DNA of 64,000 nucleotides from a bacterium UBP4_UBA6127 (GCA_002428325.1 DIVR01000021.1:34486-98485); one strand, 5' to 3'; positions 10,706 through 20,382 are shown, counted from the stretch's first letter. Translations and numbers: made by a program. The notes: a model not told the origin generated them from the letters alone.

Positions 10706-11326
10706 TTACTCTTCAGTTACTACACCTTTTTGAGAACGAATAATATCTCCATTTGAAACCGTTCCGTTACTAGGGTCATAAACCGCTAAACCATCAAAAA
10801 AACCATGGCCGGCAGCATCTGTATAAGTTGCCACTCGATCCGGTCCCGCTGAACTTAATCGCCAAAAACCATATTTACGAATCGCCGTTTGAACCTCTAC
10901 TGTATCGCCTGGATGCGGAAACCAAGCTTCAGCCTGGGCAGAATTATGCCCTTTCAATTCCGCGTCATAATTAATATAACGATACCGGGTTCCCGGAGTC
11001 CCCGGAATTGCTGATGGCATTCCCTGCCGGAATAGATCATTGATTAATCCAGTAGAAATATAGGCAATAGGAGTAGAAATAACAGAGGGCAGATACCAGG
11101 GCCAGCCAGTCGGGTCAATATCATCAGGATAAACATTATAGTCCACAAAATAAGATTCTAAAGCTGTTGTTAAAGTCTGTTCTTCTCCTTTGACCCGCGA
11201 TACCCTGGCTCGCGTCTGGGCAGCTAAAAAGTTCGGGATAGCAATCGCCGCCAAAATAGCAATAATCGCCACAACAATCAATAATTCAATTAAGGTAAAA
11301 CCACTTTTTTCACTTTTCTTCATCAT
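10706..11326 (-). CDS. GspG-like prepilin/pseudopilin (prepilin-type N-terminal cleavage/methylation domain protein), paralog 1
   Basis: N-terminus MMKKSEKSGFTLIELLIVVAIIAILAAIAIPNF matches the class III signal peptide with the G^FTLIELL cleavage/methylation motif. GspG-like ...SSAGPD... segment. C-terminus ...YDPSNGTVSNGDIIRSQKG is shared with the two neighbouring paralogs. Confidence 0.8.
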   Translation of the reverse strand: MMKKSEKSGFTLIELLIVVAIIAILAAIAIPNFLAAQTRARVSRVKGEEQTLTTALESYFVDYNVYPDDIDPTGWPWYLPSVISTPIAYISTGLINDLFRQGMPSAIPGTPGTRYRYINYDAELKGHNSAQAEAWFPHPGDTVEVQTAIRKYGFWRLSSAGPDRVATYTDAAGHGFFDGLAVYDPSNGTVSNGDIIRSQKGVVTEE

Positions 11327-11433
11327 TACACCTCCTTCCCTGAAAACCTAATAAGTATCACAAGCATCCGCTTCCGTCAACAATTTATTTCATAATCACA
11401 CTACAAAATTGCTTAAATCTTTCCTATCATTAA

Positions 11434-11468
11434 CAAAAAAGAGGCATTCCCCTTTAGGAAATGCCTCC
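11434..11468 (-). terminator. Rho-independent (bidirectional-looking) terminator for pseudopilin gene 2
   Basis: Stem GAGGCATT / AATGCCTC flanked by A6 / T6 runs. On the minus strand the hairpin is followed by TTTTTTGTT. Confidence 0.75.
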
Positions 11469-11487
11469 GAAAAAAATTTACATAATA

Positions 11488-12066
11488 TTACCGAGGGCTG
11501 GAATCTTCATTAGGATTTTTCTGAGACCTCATGATATCCCCATTGGAAACGGTTCCATTGGTTGGATCATACGGAAAAAGAATGTTGTAGGAATATCCTT
11601 GATAAGATAAATAACCTGTCGGCCCAAAAATCCGGTCTGGACCGGATGAACTCAATCTCCACTTCCCATAAAAACTACCATAAGCCTCTGCAGCCGCACT
11701 TCCCTTGATATACAGCGAATCCACTTCCATATAACGGTATCTCATGTAGGTAGCTGCACTGTCTGGAGCCCGGAAAGGGTCCAAAAAGGAATTAGAACTT
11801 AAATAGGCTATCGGTGTGGTGATCACATTGGGGACATACTGAGGCGCTGTCACAAAAGGCTCAACACACCAAGGGTATTCATTATTATCAACAAAATAGC
11901 TCTCTAAAGCGGTGGCCAATGATTGCAACTCTCCCTTAGCTCGTGATACTTTAGCTCTGGTCTGAGCGGCCAAAAAGTTGGGAATAGCAATGGCCGCCAA
12001 AATCGCAATAATCGCCACGACAATCAACAACTCAATCAGGGTAAAACCTTTTTTATTACTTTTCAT
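11488..12066 (-). CDS. GspG-like prepilin/pseudopilin, paralog 2
   Basis: N-terminus MKSNKKGFTLIELLIVVAIIAILAAIAIPNFLAAQTRAKVSRAKGELQSLATALESY is nearly identical to paralog 3. C-terminus ...YDPTNGTVSNGDIMRSQKN. Confidence 0.8.
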   Translation of the reverse strand: MKSNKKGFTLIELLIVVAIIAILAAIAIPNFLAAQTRAKVSRAKGELQSLATALESYFVDNNEYPWCVEPFVTAPQYVPNVITTPIAYLSSNSFLDPFRAPDSAATYMRYRYMEVDSLYIKGSAAAEAYGSFYGKWRLSSSGPDRIFGPTGYLSYQGYSYNILFPYDPTNGTVSNGDIMRSQKNPNEDSSPR

Positions 12067-12564
12067 TCAATATTCACCTCCTCTATTTTTTTATGTTTAA
12101 TTAACTGTCTTTTTCGAAATTGCTTAGAATTTACCAATTTTGTAACCTTCTGTCAATAGTCCTACAAAAAAGAATCTTCTCATCAGGTTTACCGGAATGG
12201 GAAATACTGATGTAGATATTTTATATATTATTGAGATAATAGTGGTTACGAGATACTCACCATTCTCACAAATACTCCTTGAAAAAACAGCATAATAATC
12301 ATTTTTATTAATATAGACTCAATAGACCTATTAAGGCATAAATCTTTTTTCTGATTAATAGACAGGGGATGATGACCACAAGCGTATACCGAGAAAGCAA
12401 TATAGGTTTCACCTTCAGCCTCCATCAGATTCTAGAGGGAAAAGCCTCTCATTGAAGTATCCTTCAACAAAAGGAATTTGTTCGGAGAGGTAACGGAGAG
12501 GGTCCGACCCTCTTTCCCTTGTTAAGCGACCTAGATCATAATGGTAATGAAACACATTGAGCCA

Positions 12565-12596
12565 TAAAAAATCGGCATCCGTTAATGGATACCGAT
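12565..12596 (-). terminator. Rho-independent terminator for pseudopilin gene 3
   Basis: On the minus strand ATCGGTATCC-attaac-GGATGCCGAT is followed by TTTTTTATGG, about 25 nt after the stop. Confidence 0.7.
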
Positions 12597-12619
12597 AAAT
12601 CAACAGGGTATAGAATGAA

Positions 12620-13225
12620 TCATTCATAATTATTCGGGTGTTTCTGGCTGCGAATGATATCTCCATTGGAGACAGTTCCATTACTGGGGTCATAAGCTAT
12701 GGTAATGTCCCATAAACCAAAAGGGGTACCTTTCCCATCCGCATCCGGAGTATAGCCTTTATCCGGCCCCAGAGAAACTATACGCCAACCCCCAAAAGCG
12801 TTTTGGTAAGTTGCTGTATAAATATTCCTCCATCCTAAGGAACCATCTCCGGTATTAGAATATCGATATCGAGTTAATAAAGGGTCATCTCCAGGATTTA
12901 ACGATCCCCGGAAAGGGTCTTTCAATAAATTGGATGAAATATAAGCTATCGGAGTGGTTACCTCATTGGGCATATACCAATAATAAGCTTGATTCGACCA
13001 TGTTTCTGATCCATCCTGGGGCCAAACATTATTATCCACATAATAAGATTCCAACGCTGTTGCCAATGTCTGCAGTTCTCCCTTAGCCCGGGAGACTTTT
13101 GCCCGGGTCTGGGCCGCCAGGAAATTAGGAATTGCTATCGCCGCTAAAATGGCTATGATCGCCACCACAATCAACAATTCAATCAAGGTAAATCCTTTAT
13201 TCTTTCTTTTCATGATCTTAAGCAC
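12620..13225 (-). CDS. GspG-like prepilin/pseudopilin, paralog 3
   Basis: The ORF starts MLKIMKRKNKGFTLIELLIVVAIIAILAAIAIPNF; the real start is probably the MKRKNKGF Met at about 13213. ...VSLGPDKG... segment and C-terminus ...YDPSNGTVSNGDIIRSQKH. Confidence 0.8.
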   Translation of the reverse strand: MLKIMKRKNKGFTLIELLIVVAIIAILAAIAIPNFLAAQTRAKVSRAKGELQTLATALESYYVDNNVWPQDGSETWSNQAYYWYMPNEVTTPIAYISSNLLKDPFRGSLNPGDDPLLTRYRYSNTGDGSLGWRNIYTATYQNAFGGWRIVSLGPDKGYTPDADGKGTPFGLWDITIAYDPSNGTVSNGDIIRSQKHPNNYE

Positions 13226-13476
13226 CTCCTTTCCAGTTATTTAATTTCTCACTTAATCACTATCTACATCTCTTTCCTCATTATCAGAATCCCTCTTCCT
13301 TTTGTCAAGTCTCTTATCTAAAGAGTCCATTTAATCACCCTTTTTTACCTATTTTCCTGTGGTATAATTCAAGGAGAAATATTGATAAATTCAGTCAATA
13401 ATAGAGTTTTTTTCCAAACCCAAGCAGCGGGGAAGAAAAAAGGAGCTGTTTAGGGAAGGAAGAGAGGGATCCAGGA

Positions 13477-15045
13477 ATGAAAGTCACCCTGATTACGCCA
13501 TGTCCGGCGGACATAGCCGCTTATGGGGTTCGAGCCTTATCGGCCTATATAAAAGAAAAGACATCTCATCAAGTGAATTTAATCCTTCTGCCTGGGGGGT
13601 TGGAATTACTGGATTCAGAGAATTTTGCCCAATATCGGTATCCCCAAAGGGTCTTGGAACAGATTGGGGAAATATGCCGGGATTCCGGATTCATTGGAAT
13701 ATCTTTCATGACTAATTATTACGACCGGGCAGTGGAAGTAACCCATTACCTCCGGGAAAGATATCCTGATAAACATATCAGCTGGGGAGGTACCCATCCT
13801 ACCATCAAACCCCTGGAAGCTCTTGAGTTTGCCGATTCGGTCTGCCTGGGGGAGGCCGAAGAATCTCTGGTGGAACTATTGGAAAAGATGGAGGCCGGTG
13901 AGAATTTTACCGGAACCCGAAACTTCTGGTTCAAGGATCCCTCCCATCCAGGCCAATACCTGAAAAACACCAAACGCCCCCTGTTACAGGACCTGGATAA
14001 GATTCCTCCTTATGATTATGAGCTGGATAACCAGTACTTTTTTGACCATCTAAAAGGGGAAATCATTCCCCTGGATTATGAGACCTTCCATAAGGCCAGT
14101 AATGTCCTGCCTTATTTTGATAATAAACTCCTTAAATCTTATCGGACCATGACCACCCGGGGGTGCCCTCACCGTTGCAATTATTGCAGTAATTCCTGGT
14201 TGAGGGATATGTATGCCCCAGAACACTTTTTTCGGCACCGGGGACCGGACCATTGCATCCGTGAGTTGAAAGATATCAAAACCCGTTTCCCCTTTATTGA
14301 GATTATCCAATTTTTTGACGATACCTTTTTTGCCCATTCCTCCAAATGGCTGGAAGAATTCCTGCCGAAATACAAGCAAGAAATCGGGCTACCTTTTTAT
14401 TGCCAATGTTCACCCGCCACGGTCTCTGAAAAGAAAATGGAGATGATGTTGGATGCCGGGATGTGTTATGTAGAAATGGGTATTCAGACCGGTTCTGATT
14501 CCATTCAGAGGCTTTATGACCGGCGAACCCCTAAAGAACTCATCGTTAAAGCCACCCAAATTATTAATAAATATGTGGACCGGCTGATTCCGCCTACATA
14601 CCATTTTATTATTGATAACCCCTGGGAATCCCACCAGGAAACCCGGGAAACTATTGACCTGTTAACGCAGATACCCAAACCGTACAATCTGGTATTATCG
14701 AGTTTGCTGTTTTATCCGGCGACAGCCTTGTTGGACAGGGCTATGAAAGAGGGATTGGTGACCGATGAATTGAAACAAGTCTATCGACAGCCTTTCCTGA
14801 ATCCAAAACCCAATTATCTGAATGCCCTGATGTATGCTTCCCAGTATGGGACTCTTCCCAACCCCCTGATAAAGACCCTTTCAACCAACAGGGTTATTCA
14901 GGCCATGGATAAAAAAGGATTATCTCCCTTCTATGGGATGGTCTTTAAAGCAACCGACCTGGCTCACCTGTTGAACAGGGGACGTTGCGCAGTCATGGCG
15001 GGAGATTTTGGCCGGATCGTCAACTACTTCCGGCGGATAAAATAG
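13477..15045 (+). CDS. B12-binding domain-containing radical SAM protein (class B radical SAM), paralog A
   Basis: N-terminal Rossmann-like B12-binding region. Radical SAM cluster motif RGCPHRCNYCSNS (CxxxCxxC). 522 aa. The AGGAG-like sequence aaaaaggagc lies upstream of the ATG. Confidence 0.75.
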   Translation: MKVTLITPCPADIAAYGVRALSAYIKEKTSHQVNLILLPGGLELLDSENFAQYRYPQRVLEQIGEICRDSGFIGISFMTNYYDRAVEVTHYLRERYPDKHISWGGTHPTIKPLEALEFADSVCLGEAEESLVELLEKMEAGENFTGTRNFWFKDPSHPGQYLKNTKRPLLQDLDKIPPYDYELDNQYFFDHLKGEIIPLDYETFHKASNVLPYFDNKLLKSYRTMTTRGCPHRCNYCSNSWLRDMYAPEHFFRHRGPDHCIRELKDIKTRFPFIEIIQFFDDTFFAHSSKWLEEFLPKYKQEIGLPFYCQCSPATVSEKKMEMMLDAGMCYVEMGIQTGSDSIQRLYDRRTPKELIVKATQIINKYVDRLIPPTYHFIIDNPWESHQETRETIDLLTQIPKPYNLVLSSLLFYPATALLDRAMKEGLVTDELKQVYRQPFLNPKPNYLNALMYASQYGTLPNPLIKTLSTNRVIQAMDKKGLSPFYGMVFKATDLAHLLNRGRCAVMAGDFGRIVNYFRRIK

Positions 15046-15069
15046 GTTTATTCAAACAAGGAGCAATGA

Positions 15070-16590
15070 ATGAAAATCGTATTAATCTCCCCGTTTCCCA
15101 CCCTTTCTGCCCTTGGGGTAAGGGGACTCTCATCCTGGCTGAAACAAAATGGACACCAAGTCCAGGTTTTCCATATGGCACGCCCTTCAATGGAATTCTC
15201 GGATAAACTTGAATATAGGCTTCAATATCCCGATAAAGCCTATGACCAACTGGCTGAATTATGCAAAGATTGCCAGTTAATTGGAATCTCCCTCTTCACC
15301 CAGCACTATGAAGGAGCTCTCCATATCACGGAAGCTTTAAAGAAAAGGATTCCCCAAATTCCTGTTATCTGGGGTGGCATCCATCCCACGGTAAAACCGG
15401 ATGAATGTATTGAACATGCTGATTTCATCTGCCGGGGTGAAGGAGAAGAAAGCCTGTTGGAACTGGTTACCCGGATGGAAAAAGGTGAAAACCTGACAAC
15501 CATCCCCGGTATCTGGGCCCGTAAAGGAAAAGATATCTTCAAAAATCCTGAATGGCCCCTGGTTGAAGACTTGGATCGATATCCAATCTATGATTATGGC
15601 ATAGATGACCATTTTATCTACCTGGAAAATGAAGAGAAAATCACCCCCATGACTTGGGAGCTTCTGAAAGACCATATGGACAAGGATGCCCTTGATTCCA
15701 AAAAAGGCTCTCAGGGTAAGGGGACACTGTATTCCACTCTTGGAACCCGGGGCTGCCCTTTAAATTGTTCTTATTGCTGTAATAATGCTTATCGAAAACT
15801 CTATCCCCGCCAGAAATATGTCAGGCATAGAAGCATTGGTCATATTATCAGTGAATTGGTCTGGGTCCGGGAACATATGCCCTGGGTTACCATGGTCTGT
15901 TTTGAAGATGATTCCTTCCTGACCGCCTCTATTGAGGAAATTCAGGAATTCGCCCGGCTTTATAAAGATAATGTAGGGCTTCCCTTTCGCTGCCTCCATG
16001 AACCACTGACTTTTAACCTGGAAAAAATGAATGCCTTGCTGGAAGCTGGCTTGGTGGGTATTCAAATGGGCATTGAAACGGCTGCCCCCAATACCCTGAA
16101 AATGTACAACCGGGGAGGTCTGGGTAAGAAAATCATGGAAGCGGCCCAGATTCTGGCCGATGTTTCAAAAACTTCCCAGAAGCCTTTCTATATCCTTTAT
16201 GACTTGATTATCGATAATCCCTGGGAAACCGATGATGACCTTCTGGAAACAGTGAAATTTGTTGTGGATCTGCCGGGTAATTTCCACTTAAATATCTTCA
16301 GCCTGGTCTTTTATCCCGGGACAGAACTCTATGAACGAGCCAAACGGGAAGGCCTCCTGACAGATGAAACTAAACAGATTTACCGGAAAACTCCTGATAT
16401 TAAAAAGCAGACTTATATTTCTTTCCTGCTGATGCTTCTGAAAAAAAGAGTTCCTCATTTCATCTTAAGACCCCTGGTCCATCCTGCTGTGGTAAAAGTT
16501 CTCAATTATAAAAGATTCCGCTGGATTTACCAGTCTATTTTCAAAACCATCCATATCCTTCGTCAGGTCCCCCAAAGAACAGGAATCTGA
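15070..16590 (+). CDS. B12-binding domain-containing radical SAM protein, paralog B
   Basis: Same architecture as 13477..15045, with clear similarity along the whole length. CxxxCxxC motif RGCPLNCSYCCNN. Separated from paralog A by only 24 nt. Confidence 0.75.
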   Translation: MKIVLISPFPTLSALGVRGLSSWLKQNGHQVQVFHMARPSMEFSDKLEYRLQYPDKAYDQLAELCKDCQLIGISLFTQHYEGALHITEALKKRIPQIPVIWGGIHPTVKPDECIEHADFICRGEGEESLLELVTRMEKGENLTTIPGIWARKGKDIFKNPEWPLVEDLDRYPIYDYGIDDHFIYLENEEKITPMTWELLKDHMDKDALDSKKGSQGKGTLYSTLGTRGCPLNCSYCCNNAYRKLYPRQKYVRHRSIGHIISELVWVREHMPWVTMVCFEDDSFLTASIEEIQEFARLYKDNVGLPFRCLHEPLTFNLEKMNALLEAGLVGIQMGIETAAPNTLKMYNRGGLGKKIMEAAQILADVSKTSQKPFYILYDLIIDNPWETDDDLLETVKFVVDLPGNFHLNIFSLVFYPGTELYERAKREGLLTDETKQIYRKTPDIKKQTYISFLLMLLKKRVPHFILRPLVHPAVVKVLNYKRFRWIYQSIFKTIHILRQVPQRTGI

Positions 16591-16610
16591 GTTCATTTCT
16601 ACCAATACAA

Positions 16611-16657
16611 AAGACCCCATGAGTCCTAAAAAAGGGTTCATGGGGTCTTTATATTAA
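16611..16657. terminator. Bidirectional intrinsic terminator between convergent genes
   Basis: 11-12 bp stem AAGACCCCATGA / TCATGGGGTCTT with a 15-nt loop. Flanked by A-rich sequence on the left and TTATATT on the right. Lies between the + strand radical SAM gene and the - strand 16679..17518 gene. Confidence 0.6.
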
Positions 16658-16678
16658 TAAACTTAGATGGTTTTCAAG

Positions 16679-17518
16679 CTAATCTGTATCAGGGTCTCCA
16701 GGGGAACGGAGCTGGCCCCGGACATCACCAAATAAAAGGACACCCCTGACCACAGCTTCCAGGGGAACCAGTTCCTTATCAAACCAAACCTCAATATTTC
16801 CATCCCGGGATTCAAACAAGTCATCATCCATTCTTATTTTGACCAAAAACTGACGATTGGCATATTCCGTTTCTTTTCGAAGGCGGTTCTGAGCCTCTTC
16901 AATAGATGCAATATTGAGCCGAATCCGTTTTTCCTTTTTATCAGGACAGGTTTTCACATCAACAATTTTCCCTGGTTCGACTGTGCCATACACTCCAAAC
17001 CGGAGGTTATAAAAAGCACATAGAGGGTCATCATAATAAACCCCTTCAGGGATTGGATGGGTTCCATGCCCTACCAGTTTCCCTTTTTTCCATTTTTGCC
17101 AGTTCACCAGGCGTTTCTCGTAGTCATATTCAGTAATCAGCTGCCGGGAAATCTTCCCGCTCCGAATAGTGATATTCTCAAATTTTTGGGAAATCAGCCT
17201 CTTTCCATCAGGTGATACAATTACATGGGAAATGATTTTTTGAGACATATTTCTAAATAACAGTATCCGGATGAGTTTTGAGACTTTGGCTTCTAATGTT
17301 GCCACATATCCATGTTTAACAGTCGAATCTGGTTTAAAACTGAATTCAGCCTTGGCCGCATTGGGGAAAGGGAAAAAGCTCACACTATATTTCAGAGATT
17401 CTCCATCAAAATGGCTGCCAATATTTCTATGGTTTTGATATTCAACCGAATTTCCCGGCACTCCGGCCAGTAAAATCCAGACAAATAAAGACAAAGATAA
17501 AATTATTCGAAATTTCAA
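16679..17518 (-). CDS. Exported hypothetical protein (DUF3108-like)
   Basis: Signal peptide MKFRIILSLSLFVWILLAGVPG. The GESLKYSVSFFPFPNAAKAEFSFK segment resembles the GExLxYxVxxxxxPxAxxAxF pattern of DUF3108 proteins. It is the last gene of the minus-strand glycan operon. Confidence 0.45.
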   Translation of the reverse strand: MKFRIILSLSLFVWILLAGVPGNSVEYQNHRNIGSHFDGESLKYSVSFFPFPNAAKAEFSFKPDSTVKHGYVATLEAKVSKLIRILLFRNMSQKIISHVIVSPDGKRLISQKFENITIRSGKISRQLITEYDYEKRLVNWQKWKKGKLVGHGTHPIPEGVYYDDPLCAFYNLRFGVYGTVEPGKIVDVKTCPDKKEKRIRLNIASIEEAQNRLRKETEYANRQFLVKIRMDDDLFESRDGNIEVWFDKELVPLEAVVRGVLLFGDVRGQLRSPGDPDTD

Positions 17519-17603
17519 TACATTACTCCTGTGGGCATTAAAACATAATGCAGATAATTATATCTATTTTACCATCATTTCTGGGGATTCCTTAATCCTC
17601 AAC

Positions 17604-19199
17604 CTACGGTTTAAAGACAAGAACCTGTCTTCCCTCATATCCCATAACCTGAGTTTTCCCTCCCACCTGTTGTTGGAATATCGGTAAATGGTCTTTTTCA
17701 GATAGTAGTATATAGGTTCGTTTTGATGTTATGGTGGTAAAAACAAGGTCTGACCATTCATTGATATAACAGACCTTAGCGTTGGCTGGTAAATAGAAAC
17801 TGGCAGACCATCGATTTTCGGAATGGACAAGGATACCATCCTCTGGCCGAAAGTCTTTCTGAATAATCCGGCATAATTCCCGAGTGGAGTGATAATAGGT
17901 ATAATCAGTCAAAACTCCCCAATGGGATATATATGTAAAAACCAGCACCAAGACTATCATCACCCCACCAAAAGCCCATCGGTTTCCTCGAAACCATAAT
18001 CCAATATAGGGAATGATTCCCATTAAGCAAAGAAAAACAGCCTCCTGCCATAAAGGACGGCCGGTGGTTTCTATGGCTTTGGCCATCAGAATACGAATCG
18101 GCTCAATAAAATCAGCTGCCAGTATCCCAGCTCCTATTAATATCAGGATTCCGCTGAATAATTTCAACGCAATTCTATCTTTATCCCATATTTCATCCCA
18201 ATAACCCCCTAAAAGTAAGGCCAATGGCACCAAATAAGGGAGAATATAAGTGGGTAGCTTGGATTTTGAAAGTGAGAAAAAGATAAATCCGATCAGGAAC
18301 CAGATAACACATAAAAACTTATTGTCATCCTGAAACCAGCGGATTAGTTTTCCCTCCCGGTCTTCTGTTTTCAGGGTTCGCCACAGAAATAGGCTCCAGG
18401 GAAATATCCCGAAAAATACTATGGGAATGAAAAAGTAAATCGGCTCAGACCGTCTATGGATTTTGGTCAGGAATCTCAGAAGATTCTCCTGGATAAAAAA
18501 GAAATACAAATAACCGGGAAACCGCTGTTCTGCCAGTAAATACCAGGGCAGAGAAATGATAAGAACCACCAGGATTCCCCAACCCAATTTCATTTCCTTC
18601 CATCGGGAAAACTGATGGGTCTTCCATAGATAAGTTATAAGAATCAAACCCGGAAGAGCAATTCCCACCGGACCTTTGGTTAACATGGCCAATCCGCCAA
18701 AAACATATCCAACCCAGTAAAACCCCTGTTTCCGGAATTTTAATCCTCCCAGAAAACAAACAATTAATCCAGTCATGAAAAAGGTCAACGCCATATCGGT
18801 TATGACATACCGGGACAAGGTATAAAACTCCGGAAACACCATTAATATCAAGGCAGAAAGAAACCCGGTCCGAGAGTTCCACAACCAGCACCCCACCAGA
18901 TAGGTAAGCACGAGGGTTCCTAAGGCCATGAGCAGGGGAATCATCCTGGCTCCCAGCTCATTGATTCCAAAGACGTTCATGCTCAAAGCTACCATCCAGA
19001 CAAAGAAAGGAGGCTTGTCCAGATGGGGTTGATGATTCAACCAGGTAACCACCCAATCCCCAGTCTCCAAGATGGTCTTTGCCATGATGGAATATCGGGT
19101 CTCATCCCTGTCGGTCAGAGGTAATTGACTCATCCCTTGGGAAAGAAATATCATCCCTAAGATTAAAACCGATAGAATCGCATAAAAATGCTTCTTCAT
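17604..19199 (-). CDS. GT-C family membrane glycosyltransferase, ArnT/PMT-like (GT83/GT39)
   Basis: First periplasmic loop carries the ArnT-family motif DRDETRYSIMAKTILETGDW (DExRY) followed by KPPFFVWMVALSM. About 12 TM helices. The ORF track extends to 19250, but the MKKHFYAIL Met at 19199 has an AGGAG 6 nt upstream and avoids overlap with the upstream gene. Confidence 0.8.
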   Translation of the reverse strand: MKKHFYAILSVLILGMIFLSQGMSQLPLTDRDETRYSIMAKTILETGDWVVTWLNHQPHLDKPPFFVWMVALSMNVFGINELGARMIPLLMALGTLVLTYLVGCWLWNSRTGFLSALILMVFPEFYTLSRYVITDMALTFFMTGLIVCFLGGLKFRKQGFYWVGYVFGGLAMLTKGPVGIALPGLILITYLWKTHQFSRWKEMKLGWGILVVLIISLPWYLLAEQRFPGYLYFFFIQENLLRFLTKIHRRSEPIYFFIPIVFFGIFPWSLFLWRTLKTEDREGKLIRWFQDDNKFLCVIWFLIGFIFFSLSKSKLPTYILPYLVPLALLLGGYWDEIWDKDRIALKLFSGILILIGAGILAADFIEPIRILMAKAIETTGRPLWQEAVFLCLMGIIPYIGLWFRGNRWAFGGVMIVLVLVFTYISHWGVLTDYTYYHSTRELCRIIQKDFRPEDGILVHSENRWSASFYLPANAKVCYINEWSDLVFTTITSKRTYILLSEKDHLPIFQQQVGGKTQVMGYEGRQVLVFKP

Positions 19200-19233
19200 G
19201 AAATACTCCTGAAACACAACAAATTGACCGGTC

Positions 19234-20283
19234 TTAATCCTTACGCGCAATCACGATGATTTCATTTCGATGAGCCGGTATCCGGCTCAGAATATCTCTT
19301 TTCCATCGGGGGATGGAAATAGTCGGGTGTCGAAACATCTCTTGGTTAAACCCATTAAAAATAATTTCTTGATAAATGACTTTTTCAACCTTTAGCCCGG
19401 CTTTTTCCAGCATAATTCTAAAATCCCATTCGGTAAAAAACCGGTTATGTCCCCTCCAGAAACTGAAGGTCATGGCTGAAGTCTCATGAACGGCATCATA
19501 TACAAAGGGATGTAATTCCAGAAATCCGGAAAATCCTTCCCACCGATAAGCATTATCGGTAGAAAAAATCGCCACCCCATCTTTCTTCAAAACCCGGGTT
19601 ATCTCTTTAATAATTTCAAAAGGGTGATAGAGATGTTCAATCACATGGGCCATCAAAACCATATCCACTGAATTATCAGACTCCTCGAACTGTGAGGGAA
19701 TATCAGGCAACCTGAGGTCTGGCAACACATACTTATCCAGATTCACATATTCCACATCAATCCCCAATTTCGATAGAATCTCCCGCCAAGACTCCTCCAC
19801 CGGCAAGTTGGCAGTAGCTTTTATCTTCCCCTGATACCCATAAAATTCCCTCATCAGCACATCCAGTGAATAAGGATGGGCCCCAACATCCAGAAACTGA
19901 TGATTAGTTCCCTCTTTTAAATAGGGCTTCAGGGCTTCCATGGTTAACCAGAGTCGATGGGTCTGAGATACCATATAATTAGGGGTTTTCAAATAATAAC
20001 GTTCATCATAGGGAATGCCTTCGAAAGGAAGAGCCTGATGATCATCGATATATCTTACAAAATCCGGAGATGGACAGTTTAACCAATCTAAAGAAGAATC
20101 ATTAAGGGATATTTCCTCTTTTTGAGAAAGCAGCTTTTTTAAAGGGATATCTCCAAAAACTTCAACAAAAGTTCCCTGGGAAGAACCTTCAGCATATCTT
20201 GATGGCGAATCTATCCTTCCCCACATCTTTTTTATCCACTGTTTTATCATAAGTACCTCAGTACGCAAGCAGCAACTCATCAT
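19234..20283 (-). CDS. Class I SAM-dependent methyltransferase
   Basis: Motif I-like FLDVGAHPYSLD and post-II VLKKDGVAIFSTDN. An alternative start at MIKQWIKK (about 20250) is preceded by GAGG. Confidence 0.6.
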   Translation of the reverse strand: MMSCCLRTEVLMIKQWIKKMWGRIDSPSRYAEGSSQGTFVEVFGDIPLKKLLSQKEEISLNDSSLDWLNCPSPDFVRYIDDHQALPFEGIPYDERYYLKTPNYMVSQTHRLWLTMEALKPYLKEGTNHQFLDVGAHPYSLDVLMREFYGYQGKIKATANLPVEESWREILSKLGIDVEYVNLDKYVLPDLRLPDIPSQFEESDNSVDMVLMAHVIEHLYHPFEIIKEITRVLKKDGVAIFSTDNAYRWEGFSGFLELHPFVYDAVHETSAMTFSFWRGHNRFFTEWDFRIMLEKAGLKVEKVIYQEIIFNGFNQEMFRHPTISIPRWKRDILSRIPAHRNEIIVIARKD

Positions 20284-20382
20284 CTCGGGATAAAGATTCC
20301 CCCTCAGGAGAAACAGAAACTTCCATCCTAAAATGATTTTATCTTATAAACGATAGCATTAATTAGTTCTACCCATGATTCA

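Noticed and set aside
12415-12693. 92-aa minus-strand ORF overlapping the 3' end of pseudopilin paralog 3
   Set aside because: It overlaps the pilin stop region in a different frame, spans the pilin terminator hairpin and has no RBS or motif. Most likely non-coding.
13330-13380. Sigma70-like promoter (TTTACC ... TATAAT) upstream of the first radical SAM gene
   Set aside because: The -10 hexamer TATAAT is present, but the -35 match and spacing are poor. It cannot be supported without transcript data.
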